Positions 47,012 through 60,000 of a stretch of DNA of 64,000 nt are shown here, in pieces. How positions within the stretch are numbered: position 1 is the first letter of the stretch; every line of letters starts with the position of its first letter. A program made the translations under genes and the position numbers. The notes beneath the pieces are model-generated. The model saw only the letters and a program-made list of their open reading frames with translations. It was not told where the DNA came from and ran no database searches. This DNA comes from Heteronotia binoei (taxonomy: Eukaryota). The stretch spans positions 35,278,001-35,342,000 of the forward strand of contig NC_083233.1 of NCBI RefSeq assembly GCF_032191835.1. The letters run 5' to 3'.

Positions 47012-49412
47012 TACAATCCAGTTTGGGCATGAGTTTAAAGAGGGAGAGAGATGGAGTGTTTTTGCCTGATTTTATTTAATTCTTCTGTTCACTTATAATA
47101 TGCCTGTGTATAGTTATAATGTTTAAATAAATCTTTTGAATGTTAAGAGATTGAGTCCCTCTGTACCACATTGTTCCCACAACTGCTTGGAATGCTAGGA
47201 GTGGGGCAGAGAAACCCTAGGGTGGAGAAAAGTGGCAAAAGGGCCAGTTGCCAATGCTCCAGGGGAGCCCCAAGGCAGGTTCATGGTAACACGGGAGGGA
47301 GGTTAGGAGGCAAACTAGAGCTCAAGACAGGGATAGTGGTGGCAGCAATATGCTGAGGCAGTGAAGTGGAACAGCTCCTTCAGGTCAGAATCCCAGGAAG
47401 GAGTAGGCAGAGCCAGGGCCCACCAGCTGATGCAGGCCCAGTCCATCACAAAGGGTACAATTACACATCAGTATCTGACTTTGATATATTTATTTGCTTC
47501 ACTTCCCCCTTCAAGAATTAAATCCAAACAAATGGTGACCCTATAAGCTAAACCTGCTATTCTTGTTTGGTCCTTACATGTGTTATGTCGTTTGCTAATA
47601 TGCTGCTCACTCTCTACCTATATGGACTGGTAACTTTCATTTCAATATATCTGAAGGAGTGTGCACGCCCACAAAAGCTTATACTTTGAATATAACTTTG
47701 TTGGTCTTAAGTGCCACTGAACTTGAATTTTGTTCTATTGCTTCAGAACAACATTGCTACCACCTGAATCTACCTCAGTGTAATTGTGCCTAGCTCTCAG
47801 TAGTAATTGAGCTGCAAGCAACATATGGTATCAGCTGAAGTTTTTAGTTTGTCTCTGAGGGTAGACCCATGTAGAGTGCATCACAACAGCCTAGCCTCCA
47901 GCTTACTGCATATGAATCCATGTGACCTGATCAGCTGGTTCAAGGAAGGGAGCCATCTTGTGGACTAAATGAAGAGCTAAAACTATACCTCCTTTCTTTC
48001 AGAAATTGTATTTACTTTATTGTCTGCCTTTCAAGCAGGGGTCATTTTGTAGAAAGCAGTGCCAGAACACATTAGCACAACTTATTTGCATATGCTACAC
48101 ACTCCAACATCACTGGCAGGTATACTAAATTATATCAGCTCAGCATCTACTTTAAAATGCTTCTTGAATTATAATTGTTTTAAGACTTTACTCCCATCAT
48201 ACTTTTAAAATTACTTTCTCCTATGTGGCCACAATGGCATGATGAAGATTTCCATCTGTCTGCTTTATATGTTTTGGTTATTTCTCCATTTTTTGTGGAG
48301 AAAGGTATTTGAAAGTTTGTCAAATCGTAGAGTTCAGCAAAATTCTCACAGGGGGTTTGAACAATGGAGCCCAGAAAGGAGTATTTTTTGTGGGGCGGGG
48401 GGAAAGAAAGAGCACAATAAAATTTAGAGGTTCCGGAGCTCTGCTCCTGTGAACACCTGCCCCAAATTAGGCCTGCTTTCAAATCACACTGTCTGAAACC
48501 AGTGCAGAAATGGAACAGGATTTGATATATCTTAAAATACTTAATAGCCTGCTTTGGTAAAAACAACCACCACTTTTTAACCGTGTGATGAGATGAATTC
48601 ATAATACATTTCAAGGCACTTCCCAGATAGACAAGCAAACAATCACTGTATTTTTTAAAATATAAAAGACACCCATTAAATTCTTTTTGCTTCTCTGTTA
48701 CCGTTCCATGATGTATCCTTAAATGCCTTGCACCCAGCTCTATCTTATGTAATTAACTGAGGAATCCTGAACAAAGTTTTACCCTTCTAAACCCATTGAC
48801 TTAAGTGGACTATAAATCCACAATAGCTCCTGGTACCCATTTCAGCAAAGTTACACATTGCTGTGTTTGGGCTTTTTTTTTTTATCATACTTTGACATAT
48901 CGCTTATCCCTCATTTTCTATAGAACATCCACCCAGATGAAGAGGAAACTCAAATCTTGCTCACCACTTTGTGACAATGTGGTTGATCCTAAAAGCTTGC
49001 TCATTCATTGGGGAGAGGGAGCATGTTTATCATAGTCCAACATGGTTACCTGCAATGTTTGCTCACTCATTAGAGGAGTTAAGCATATTAATAACATGCA
49101 GATTTTACTTTATTAGATTTCTATTTGACATAAATATGTTTAACCTGTTCTTCCTGCATTCCATGACTCCCTCACCCTGATTTTTTTTTTCATAACCCTA
49201 CATAAAATGACTGCATAGTGACAGTCAACTAAAGAAGTCAGCTGTAGTTCACACAAATTTACACTGGGATTTTTTTTAATCTTTAAAATGTAACACTCCA
49301 GTTTATATTTGCTACTCTGAGATCTGTAATTCTTGGTTCTATCTTTCACCATGTGGGGGAGTGCTTATACAAGGATTATCCACAGAAGAAAAGAGTAACA
49401 GTCCAGTAGCAC

Positions 49413-50050
49413 AATCCAAATAGACAACCCTGTTGGTCTGAAGTAGAACAAAATAGGAGTCGATTTCACCTTTAAGACCAACTTAGTTTTATTCAGAATG
49501 CGAGCTTGCGTGTGCATGCACACTTCTTCAGACGAGGAATGAGGTACAGTAAGCAGAGCTACATATAGCTGATGGGGTTTGGAATGGCAAGTGGTACAAA
49601 GTTAAAAACCAATAGCAGAACAGTAAAATTAACAAATTCAGAAAACCTTTGATCTGGGTTGCCTTAGCGTGGGAAACCATAAAACAGTAACATATCAGAA
49701 TGTGAGAATGCCTGTTAATTATTCTATTGCTAATAAACCTGGGTCATAATAATAAGCCTTTTTGACCCAGGTTAATTAGCAATAGAATAATTAACAGGCA
49801 TTCTCATATTCTGACATGTTACTGTTTTATGGTTTCCCACGCTAAGGCAACCCAGATCAAAGGTTTTCTGAATTTGTTAATTTTACTATTCTGCTATTGG
49901 TTTTTAACTATTGGCATTCCAAACCCCACCAGCTATATGTAGCTTTGCTTACTGTACCTCATTCCTCGTCTGAAGAAGTGTGCATGCACTTGGAAGCTTA
50001 CATTCTGAATAAAACTAAGTTGGTCTTAAAGGTGCAATCGACTCCTATTT
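49413..50050. mobile_element. Palindromic Penelope-derived non-autonomous element with two hammerhead-like motifs
   Basis: About 290-bp inverted arms (49451-49746, 49763-50050) and a 16-nt loop; ctgaaga-stem-(g)aa-gct motifs on both strands; 13-bp direct repeat agtccagtagcac at 49400-49412 and 50051-50063. Confidence 0.75.
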
Positions 50051-51996
50051 AGTCCAGTAGCACCTTAAAGACTAATTTAAAGAAATCTTGTTAGTGTTTA
50101 AGGTACTACTAGATTCTTACTGCTTTCTACTGCTATGGACAGATTAACACGGCCATCGGCTACCCATCTTGATCTATAGCCATAGAAGAATTAGAGATTT
50201 CTAATGGGAATTAGGAATCTGTAAAACAGTATCTGTGTTCATCTTTTGATTTCTACAGTATTTCACAATTCTACAAAGCCTGCTGTTTCTGTCAATTAGA
50301 CTAATTTAAGTTTTTTTCTGTTGCTCCACATCAACAGATTGACTAAAAATGCAATACCTTTCAATATATCCAAAATCTTACATAGGTATCTTTTTGAAAT
50401 TCTGAAGGATGTATAATAAAATAACATACGTTAATAAATTGGTATAAGGAAAGGCCATCTTTATGGATTTTCTTTTAGCTTGTTCACATGTGCAAATATA
50501 TAGCATGATTTCTTTATACCTGATTGCACATGAGACTGGAATGTGAATTGGAGTATACAGATGTTAATGATGTCAACAAAATTTAATTCCTCTCAAAGCT
50601 GCTTTGCACACACTGATTTTCAATGGAGGTGATGTGGCAGGGTTGGAAATTGTATCCTGTATTTCAGAAGCTCTGCTCTGTTGAATCCAGATGTGGGTTG
50701 GCTGTCAGTGAAACGGGAAAAGCTTTTTTCTTCCTTATAAGAATTTCACATGTTAGGGCTGAATCTTGTAACTGAAAACAACTTCTGGGACTAAAATCTG
50801 GTGATCTAAATAAGAACAAAAATGCTGTTAGTTTCACCCAGTGCTCCATAGAAAACATCTCAGCAACCTTTTCATTCTGTCTTGCCAAATTTCCTTCGTA
50901 TTACATATCATGTCATATGACTTTGACTTTTGATCCGTAGCATAGTATTTTTGGATGGTCGAAGAAGATCTCGGCAGAAAAGCTGATTGGATTCTACCTA
51001 TTAATGTGATACAGTGGGGTCAAAGGTAACCTATGTAATTGGTTCTTTTTTTCCTTTCAAGCTGCAGAGATGTCTTGGTGACATAATCATGATGGCAAGT
51101 GACAGGATGGAACTGATCAGTGACAGGACGGGGCTATGCTGCTGTCAGCCAAGGAAGGGTGAGATTGATAGGACAGGCCAGTGATGTTCACTGATAGGAT
51201 AGAGTGGTGGTAGTCAGTGATGGATGGCCCTGTAAAAGGAAAAAGGATTCTTGTTTTAGTACCTAATTGCAAGGAAGGAATTTCTCTCCATGATATCAGG
51301 CTATTTTTTGAGGCTGCTTTTGTCCTGACATCTCCTGTATGTTAAATTTCTTTCCTGCCCCACAGGCACCTTGGCATTTCCCTCCCATTTTCAGTTTGTC
51401 ATCATTATGTTGGACAGGATGTGTGAGGAGGACATTGCCCAATGTGACAATTTTCACCCTCCACCCTCATAGGCTCCCCAATAGGCTGTCCATTGCCAGG
51501 GATGACAGACAAGTTTTCCTGTAACTTCCTCATTATCTCCAAGTAAAATATTTGACTGCCTTCACCCTTAATTTTCCTCTACTTAGAGCTGAGAATAGAA
51601 GAGGCAGACATGCTGTCATCCTACCTTGAACAAAGGAGCAGCTAATGTTCAAGATCCTGACACAGCTGTTACTCAGTCATTAAGAGCATGGCACAAACAT
51701 ACCACATATAATTTTACTATTTCTTTAAGCAAAAAAAGTGGCAGCATACAGACAAGAGAGCTTAACCCCTCACAAGATTTTGCTGTTAATATACCAAAGT
51801 GCTTAATGAAAAATATTCCAACGTGTTGCAATTTGAGAGTGCCTGAGAACAGCACTGACACAACATATATTTTGCTTCCTTTGCAGGGAAGAATGTGGTA
51901 ATTACAAATGGTAGATCCTGTGGCCTTTCTTGAAGGCCAGCTACCCTATTTTGCTGCTTCTGGGAGATATGGATTATGTTTCATGGATGAGATTGT

Positions 51997-52270
51997 GGCA
52001 GTTTGGTGTAGTGGTTACGTGTACAGCCTCTTATCTGGGAGAACTGGGTTTGATTCCCCACTCCTCCATTTGCATCTGCTGGGATGGCCTTGGGTCGGCC
52101 ATAGCTCTGGCAGACGTCCTTGAAAGGGCAGCTGCTATGAGAGTCCTCTCAGCCCCACCCACCTCACAGGGTGTCTGTTGTGGGGGAGGAAGATAAAGGA
52201 GATTGTGAGCTGCTCTGAGACTGAGAGTGGAGGGCAGGATATAAATCCAATATCATTATCATCATCATCA
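51997..52270 (+). mobile_element. Full-length tRNA-derived squamate SINE
   Basis: Same head and body as the 18357 and 27088 copies; (atc)n tail. Confidence 0.8.
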
Positions 52271-53729
52271 TGCTGCAGTGTTGTGGTTGACCCAGGAGAG
52301 AGGTTCAAGCCCACTGACAGTGTAATTTTGCTGCTTCTGAATAATAAAATATCATACACATAGTAGGCGCTGAAAAACAGGTCATATGGAAAGGCAGCTG
52401 CCAAATTTGCTAGAGAGGCAGATACATTCCAACTTCAGATAAGTTGGAAATCTGAAATAGCAGCCTCTCTGCTTTTCTGGCAGTTCAATTCAGGAAATGC
52501 ACTCTAGCTAGTGTTGTGGTCTCTACAATAGAGGAAATTATCAATTTGGAACATCTGGAAGATTAGAAATCTCTGTCATATCATTCCCTCATGCAGGAAG
52601 CAATCCCTGTAGAACAGGTGCCTGCAACCTGTTACAAGCAGAGAGCCAAACCATGTCAACATTCAGAGCTGGACATCAACAATGAGCCAGCATAAAACAG
52701 CCTATTTGCATAACTGAAACTATGCAGTTTAAGATGTCATTTAATAATCCATAACTCTTCTGCAGCCCAAGTGTTGTGAGTTCTTTATTAGGAAGCAGCA
52801 CACAGGAGATCTCACAATAAGTAATAAATATATATGATTGTTTTTTTATGCTCACATACATCCATGCATGGTCCAAACTTGGATTACTGGCAACTATTGG
52901 CCTGTATAATTTCCTTTCGTGTAAAGTGTCTCTAAAAAGCCAATAAAAATCTTTGCTTCCCATACTATCCTGCACATACTGGTTATCCCAGCACCTTACC
53001 TACCCTCCCCCTTATATCCTAACAAGGTTTTTGTCTTCTTTTTAAAAGAGCCACATTTGCGTCTGTATTAAGCCACGTTTGGCTCTATAGGTTGCAGACC
53101 ACTTAGAAGATGTGACACATGCACATCTCTAACTGCTCATCAGTTTCTTTAGCTTTGACATCCCTGGGATGGAGAAGCTAATGGTCCAATTAAGAAATGT
53201 GGAAATGTGGCAACTTGTTAATAGTTCTTTGTAACTTCAAAGTAGACACTCCACCCTATTATTACTTGCTCTCCACTTCCCCAGCAGTGATCCAGGGCCA
53301 GTGCTTCCTGGACCGTCAGAAATTTCTGACTAACTGCTGCCTTTCATACTCACAAAGGAAGAAGTCTCACCATCGCCTTTGTCCCAGAAATATGGTGCAA
53401 GTTTATTACCTGTTTTTATTACATATTAGCATCTAAACAGACCTATTCTAATGTGCAGCACATCCTGTTTTCCATTTCAAGACCTCAACTGCCAATTTTG
53501 GGCTTAGCCATTAGCCCTGAAACAGTGATTTCCCACCACCCTTTTTGGATTTTTTTGCACTCAACCCGATGAAAAGTTCTACATTAGAGGACTCAAAAGC
53601 GTGTGTACTTTTTAATATTACACAAAGAAGCAAAACAAAGGTGCAGACTGGGTTAAAAGGCCTGTTTTATGGGGTTTCAAAGCAAAACTGAAAAGCACAG
53701 TAATAACCACCATGATTATTCCAAGCAAA

Positions 53730-54200
53730 CGAGCGTCTGTGGCTCAGTGACAGAGCATCCATGCAGCATGCAGAAGGGCCTAGCTTCAGTCCTCAGCATC
53801 TTGAGCTAAGCGGATCACACAGAAGGTGCTGTAAAACCTGATTAATGAATGAATAGACACTCAGCCATCTTAAATACATCATTTTAGCACCTATTTTTAT
53901 ATCTTATATGTTTATATGTTTTTATGTATTTTAAATAATTTATTGTAATTAATGTTTAAGTTGTTATGTTTTATGAATCACGGGACTCCCATGTCTATTA
54001 TTGTTTAATGTGAATCATGAGACTCCCGTGTCTGTTAGCCGCCCTGAGCCCGCCTAGCGGGGAGGGCGGGATATAAAAATAAAATATTATTATTATTATT
54101 ATTATTAAAAGACCTCTACCCGAGAGACCCTGGAGAGATGCTGCCAATCTGAGTAGACAGTACTGACCTTGATGGACTAATGGTCTGATTCAGTATAAGG
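53730..54200 (+). mobile_element. tRNA-headed SINE interrupted by a LINE 3'-end fragment with an (att)n tail
   Basis: Head ggctcagtgacagagcatc at 53741; body resumes aagacctctacccgagagaccctggag at about 54109; the insert ends gccgccctgagcc...gggcgggatataaaaataaaat(att)n. Confidence 0.55.
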
Positions 54201-54479
54201 CCGTTTCAAGTGCAATTGGTGACAGCGCAGCCCTTTTTGCGACAGTTAAGCCGTTTATAAAGGCTGAGAAAATTATCAGGCCCGCTGAGCCCTTGGCTAA
54301 ACCTAATTCAGCAGTTTCCCGTGGGAGTCTCTTTTGTTAACTCTCAGCTGCCATTGCTGAAACCTCGAGGGATCATCCTGGAGTCTCAGGGCAGGAGGTG
54401 GAAATTGGAAGGCACATGAATGATCCGGCAACCTTGCTGAGGCGCCGCTAAACAGGGCTGGGTCGGGGAGCTCTCCTAG

Positions 54480-55260
54480 AGTCCAAGAGGCCCGGTATAG
54501 CTGTGTCAGAAGCACACAATTTCGCCTCCAGATCAGCCTAACAACGGAACGGTTGGCCAGGAGCCCTGCTCTGGAAGCCCCTCCTCCACCTCCGCTTTCG
54601 GCTCGAAGCCGGACTTCCCGCGCTTCTTCAGCGTGGAGGGGAAGGCAAGACGCTCTGCACATGCCCGGAGGGCCCTTGGTCCCTCAAGTTCCGCTTCCCG
54701 CGGCCTCCTGCAAAGCAACCGTAGGGAGGAGCGCGACGAGTGGCTGGCTGCGCGCGCCTAACGGCTCCGCCTGCTCGGCTGCTTAGGAGGCCTGTGGGCG
54801 GCAACTGGCTGCGTGCGTGAGAAGCCCGGCTGGCCGGCAAGAGGGAGCTCCGAGGACCGGACTGGGAAGCACCTGGATGCTCTCGTCGTGTCAGTGGCAG
54901 CGTCGGGGTAAGGGAAGGCGGGGGAGTCGAGCCCCTCCGGAGGGAGGGAGGGAAAGCGGTGGGGGGAGGGGGATTGGCAGCCGTGGCTTTGCCTGGGAAT
55001 TCTCTTGCAGAGCGGGCTGGAGGGCGCTTTCTGTCCCGTGATTTCTTTCTGTGGGGGGTCTCTGCCACAAGCCGACCCCGTCCCCCAAATGCTCATTTGG
55101 ATTGCTCAGAACAGGATGTTGTAGTAGCGGCTAGAAAATGGGGGGATTTCCGAAGCAGAGCGGCGCGGGGGGCCCCTGACTGAGCTAAAAATCCTTTATA
55201 CGTGCAAGAGGCGTGCGATCCGGTTGCCCACTGCGGAGGGAAATGCGCTCTGTACATGCT
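54480..55260 (+). promoter_or_regulatory. CpG island with a probable first exon (donor at 54907/54908) of a plus-strand gene
   Basis: CpG-rich; consensus donor CGGG|gtaagg; second candidate exon 55299-55342 (ttccag ... GAAG|gtaaga). Synteny would suggest KIAA1210, but no diagnostic coding sequence was recognised. Confidence 0.55.
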
Positions 55261-55776
55261 CCTGAGGCATGCTTTTGTTATTCCATCACTAATTCCAGGC
55301 TGCTCAGTTCTAGAATGAAGCTTGGTACAAATGAAATTGAAGGTAAGATGGAACGTGTGTGAGAGAGCTTGATTTGCAGAATTATTTAAAGCTTATTTTG
55401 CTGTGAGTTTAAAATCTAGTAGCCCTTCACAAGCCCTTGGGAACGAGTGGGCTGCACCTTTAAATAGACGCATGATGATGAACGGTAGAAAATGAATGCT
55501 GACAATATGAGCTTGGAATGCTTCAATCCAACATGGAACTCTCAAAGAGTAGTCCTGAAATGGTATTCAGCTGTAATTTTGTTGTGGGTACATGTGGTTA
55601 TGATTCTTCAGAACAAGCAAGGCAGTGTAGAGGCAAAAAGAGAGTGTGGAGAGACTGGGGTTTGTTAGCAACAGATGAGGCTGGTGGACCTGGCTTTTCA
55701 TCCCTAATAACATTCTCCAAATGGCCTTTCACAGTATAAGGAGAACCTTTGGGATCAGGCAATAGTCCATCTAGTC

Positions 55777-56089
55777 CAGGGGTGGCCAAACTGTGGCTCA
55801 GGAGCCACATGTGGCTCTTTTACACATATTATGTGGCTTTCAAGGCCCCCATTGCCCTATCAGCCAGCTTGGAGAAGACATTTGTCTCTTTAAATCACCT
55901 CTCCAAGCCAGCTGGCAGCTTGGAAAATATATTTAAAGTTGTTTTCTTTTCACATTTACCTTCCTCTCCCTATTTGCCTTCCTTCCGTCCTTCCTTCCCT
56001 TGAACATCTGATGTTCATGTCTTGTGGCTTACAAACATCTGACATTTATTCTATGTGGCTCTTATATTAAGCAAGTTTGTCCACCTCTG
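55777..56089 (+). mobile_element. hAT MITE with perfect 8-bp TSD
   Basis: TIRs caggggtggccaaac / gtttgtccacctctg; TSD atctagtc at 55769-55776 and 56090-56097. Confidence 0.88.
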
Positions 56090-57590
56090 ATCTAGTCCAA
56101 TGTCCTGTTTCTCACAGATGCCCCCTGAAGGTCTAAGTAGGACACAGATGCCAAAGCCTCATCCTGTACTGAGGTGGATTGGACCCCTCATGGTGGATCG
56201 GACCTTTCATCCTAGGACAGGCAGCTTCTGTACGCACAACCAAGACAATTTGGTGTAGTGGTTAAGTGTGGGAGAGCTAGGTTTGATTCCACACTCCTCC
56301 ACGTGCAGCTGTTGGTGTAACCTTCTCTCAGAAGCAGTTCTCAAAAGAGCTCTCTCAGCCCCACCTAGGCTTTCATACCTTATGTCCCACCAGTCAAAGA
56401 ACCCGTGTGGCTCACCATGATAGAAACAGAAAGACCACTGTTTTTCCTGAGAAGGACATTTATATGTTTACAGGCTTTCTGTTATTATGGTTATCATTTA
56501 CATTAACTTTTAAGGTCATTAAAAATTGCAGAAACACAATGAATGCTCTCTGGCAGGTAGACCTGGTAAGGCTGGCAGGTAGTGGCATATCAAAGATACT
56601 TGCTAGCCAGCAGGGGGAATGGGGGATTAGGAAAAACACTGAATGTCCAAGGTTACCACTAATATGCCAGAAGATCACAGATGGATAATCCATGGTGGCA
56701 TGTAAGGTCATTGGGAGACAGCACATCATGCTTGCAAGCGGATATGGGGACTGAAGGAGAAAGAGTTCTGAGTATTTGTGATGAAGACCTTGCATCTCAC
56801 CTAGACCACTTTGGCATCCCACTAGTGGTACATGTACCACTGGTTGAGAATCACTGCTGTAGTTGCTAGCCAAGGTTTCAGAACAAAGAGTGCTCTTTCC
56901 CTGAGTCCACAGTTTAGATCAGACAACGCAACAAATGTCAGAACACAGAATGATTTTCTTAAGAGCTTGAAAGCTCTTCCTCCAGTGGGGAGGGAGGAGG
57001 AGATGGCACCCCCTCCATGCCTTTGGGATTTAATCTTTGAGGCCCGGGGTGCTAATGCAGGAGGGAATGTCAAGTGCTCAAGATGTCAAAAGGCTCCATC
57101 TGTCTATTTTAAGAGAATGGGGAGGCGGAGGGATTAGTGAAGCCGGCTAGTTATACAGCCGAGCGTGCAACCATATGCTTTCTAATTTTCTCTGCCTGCC
57201 CCTCCTTTCTCTCTGTCATGTGTATGGATTTGATTGCCCCTGGACGTGGCTGCTGTTAATTTACAAGCACAATTTGAGTCAGTGCACAGCTTTCAGATTG
57301 CAAATCCTGTCTTTCTCCATCCCTTCTGTGATCTTCTCAGTAGCTCTGGGTATACTTGGAATGAACATAATAATCCTGCTGCAGCTGAAAATGATTGCTT
57401 CCACATGGAAGTTTTGATCTGGTTTGTCATCCAAACTGGTGCAGGTTGTTTTTTTTTTAAGCAGCTGCACAATATAGTCCATGTTGAGGGTTTTCTCCTG
57501 GTTTGATATAGTCTTTTTGGAAATATTGCAGTCCAGGCTTGTTTGCCCACTGTATGGATGAGAAGCTGTGCATTTTTTTAAGGCCTAGAC

Positions 57591-58196
57591 CAGGGGTGTC
57601 GAACATGCAGTTTGGGGGCTGAGTCAGGCCCCTGGAGGGCTCCTATTAGGCCCCTGAGCAACTGGCTGTCATTTGTTTCCTTCTCCCTATATCTTGCTTC
57701 CTTCTGAATCAGCTTGCTTTGCAAGGCTTGCTCAATTGCACAGGAGCTACAGAGCAAAACCTCTATTTTTTCCATTGGCTGAGGCTCCTCCCTTAGGGAA
57801 GGAAGGGGGGAGAAACAGCTTGCTTTTCCAGGCTCTCTTGATTGCACAGCAGAGCTACTGAGCCAAGTCTCTCTTCGTTCTATTGGCTGAGGCTACTCCC
57901 CCCCCCCCCCGCAGCTCCGTGAGGAAGGAAAGAAAGAGCCAGAGCTTCCTTTGCCCAGTTCCCAGGTTCCCATGGGAGAAATACAAAGAAAGTATCTTTA
58001 AGACCAATAAGTGCTAACGTTTTAAGCATGTTTTAAGTTTTTTTTAAAGAATAAATTTGTGTTTGTCCATGTTCTATATAAAATGTATATCTCTGCTACC
58101 TAATCTTAAATAGGTACATACATGGCATGACCCGGCCCAACAAGGTCTCATTTATGTCAGATTCAGCCCTCATAATAAATGAGTTCGACACCCCTG
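57591..58196 (+). mobile_element. hAT MITE with perfect TIRs and TSD
   Basis: TIRs caggggtgtcgaac / gttcgacacccctg; TSD gcctagac at 57583-57590 and 58197-58204. A partial sister copy lies at 61695-61921. Confidence 0.92.
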
Positions 58197-59825
58197 GCCT
58201 AGACCATATTGGCACCATTTTCCTTGTCGCAGCACCCTGTCCCCATAGATTCCTTTCTCCCATGCAATAGAGGGCCTTTTCCTGCTTTTTAAATAAACTG
58301 GTGTTTGCTAAACCGATATAGTTTTATGGTGATGTATCACTATAGCATTGTAATGATAACAGAGGGAAGTGTCTCAAAACTCCTGTGTGTGTGTGTGCGG
58401 GGGTGTCTTTTGCCAGTGCAAATGCCTCTACATTCCCAGGGAAATGAAGAACCCTTGCTGTGCTGATGCAGTCCAAGTCTGCATCTGTTCAGTGTCTGGA
58501 TGGGAGGCCTCCTGAGAATGTGTTCCTCTCCCTCACAATGTGTGTCACAATGGAAGAAAGGAGAAGTAACAGTATTATAAAATTAGCAGTGGTTTTAGAT
58601 ATTCTATCAGGAGTGAAGTTCTGGAGATTAGACCCCCACTATGCTAGTGGCTGGACAATCACAGCCTGGAATAACTATGAGTGGTTTATCTAGATCACTT
58701 TTGTTTCCTTTGGGGAGGAAATGTTCTGGAATAAGAACAGGCTAGAAACAAATACTTGGGTGGTCCTTTGCTCTGATATGACTGCTTCTACCATGGCAGA
58801 TTTTGGTTATCAGAAATTAGGACAGAATGAGGAACAGGTCTAACCCATGTGGCCAGATAATGATGCTTACTGCTACTTAGTGCTTTAGATCATTGGACAT
58901 TCATTTTATATACAAGGCACATGTATCATTCTTTCGTCTTCTATTTTATAATCATAATAACCCTGTAAAGTAGGTTAGGCAGAAAGAGAGTGGCTAGTCC
59001 AAGACAAAACGGGAATCCAGTGCCCCCTTAAAGACTAGTAAAATGGGGCGGGTGGGGTTGGAACTTGGGTCTCCCTGGGCCCAGACCAACAGTCTGCCTA
59101 CTACGTTACACCATCTCTTTATAGATGCTACTGTTGTAATCTTATACAACAGCCCTGTAAGATAGATGAGTATTATTATTCACCTAGTGTAGAAAAGCAA
59201 GTCACTCTTTCTCAGCCTCCTGGCCTTCAAATTAAGGGCAGAGGTGAGGCTGGTGTATCAGGCTTGCTGTCCTAAGCAGAGTTACACCCTTCTAAATCCT
59301 TTGAAGTTAATGGGCTTTGAAAGAAGTAGCGCTGCTTAGGATGACACTGTTAGTCTCTTAGTTGATGTGCTGCATCTGCTTCTTCTGATCAGGCCCTCTG
59401 AAATGAACAGGATCTATATAAGACCATGACCATCCTTGAGTGCAGCCCTTGTTCATTCCAGTGAAGCTTGTGCAAGACAGGAGGATATCATGGCAGATAG
59501 TGCCATGTGCTCATTTGTAAGGAAAGGGATGGTGCCATCTGGAACTTTCTGCCTCTGGCATCAAAATGGCTTGGGTTTAGAACAGGGGTAGGCAACCTCC
59601 AGCACATGTGCTGACAGTGGCCATTCACTTTGATCTCTAGAACATAATTCACATCTGCTTATTTGTGCTTTTTTGTAATTCTGTGAACAACCCACATAAA
59701 TGAATATAATATAGAATCTAGTTGTGTTGTTTTTCACAAGAGTAACTAACTTAGGTTTAGGGAAGTGGCATGAAATCTCTGCGTGGTGCAGTTCTACTAA
59801 ATGAATGCTTTAAATATTTTGATGG

Positions 59826-60000
59826 TGGCGGCTGTCAAATCGCAGCTGACTTATAGTGACCCCATACAGTTTTTGAGGCAAGAGATGGTCAGAGGTGGTT
59901 TGCCACTGCCTTCCTCTGCGTAGCAACCCTGGACTTTTTGGTGGTCTCCCATCCAGTTACTAACCACGGCCAACTCTGCTTAGCGTCCAAGATCTGACAA
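59826..60000 (-). mobile_element. 5S rRNA-derived SINE3-like element
   Basis: gtggtctcccatccagttactaaccacggccaactctgcttagcgtccaagatctgac is a diverged reverse complement of the 5S internal region, joined to a non-5S body. Confidence 0.7.

Noticed and set aside
45600-47291. Possible solo LTR hosting the Penelope fragment
   Set aside because: TG...CA ends can be picked but no matching 4-6-bp TSD was found, so it was not called as a feature.
57175-57550. Cluster of overlapping 67-90-aa ORFs on both strands
   Set aside because: No recognisable homology or consistent exon boundaries; cannot be assigned to the downstream gene.
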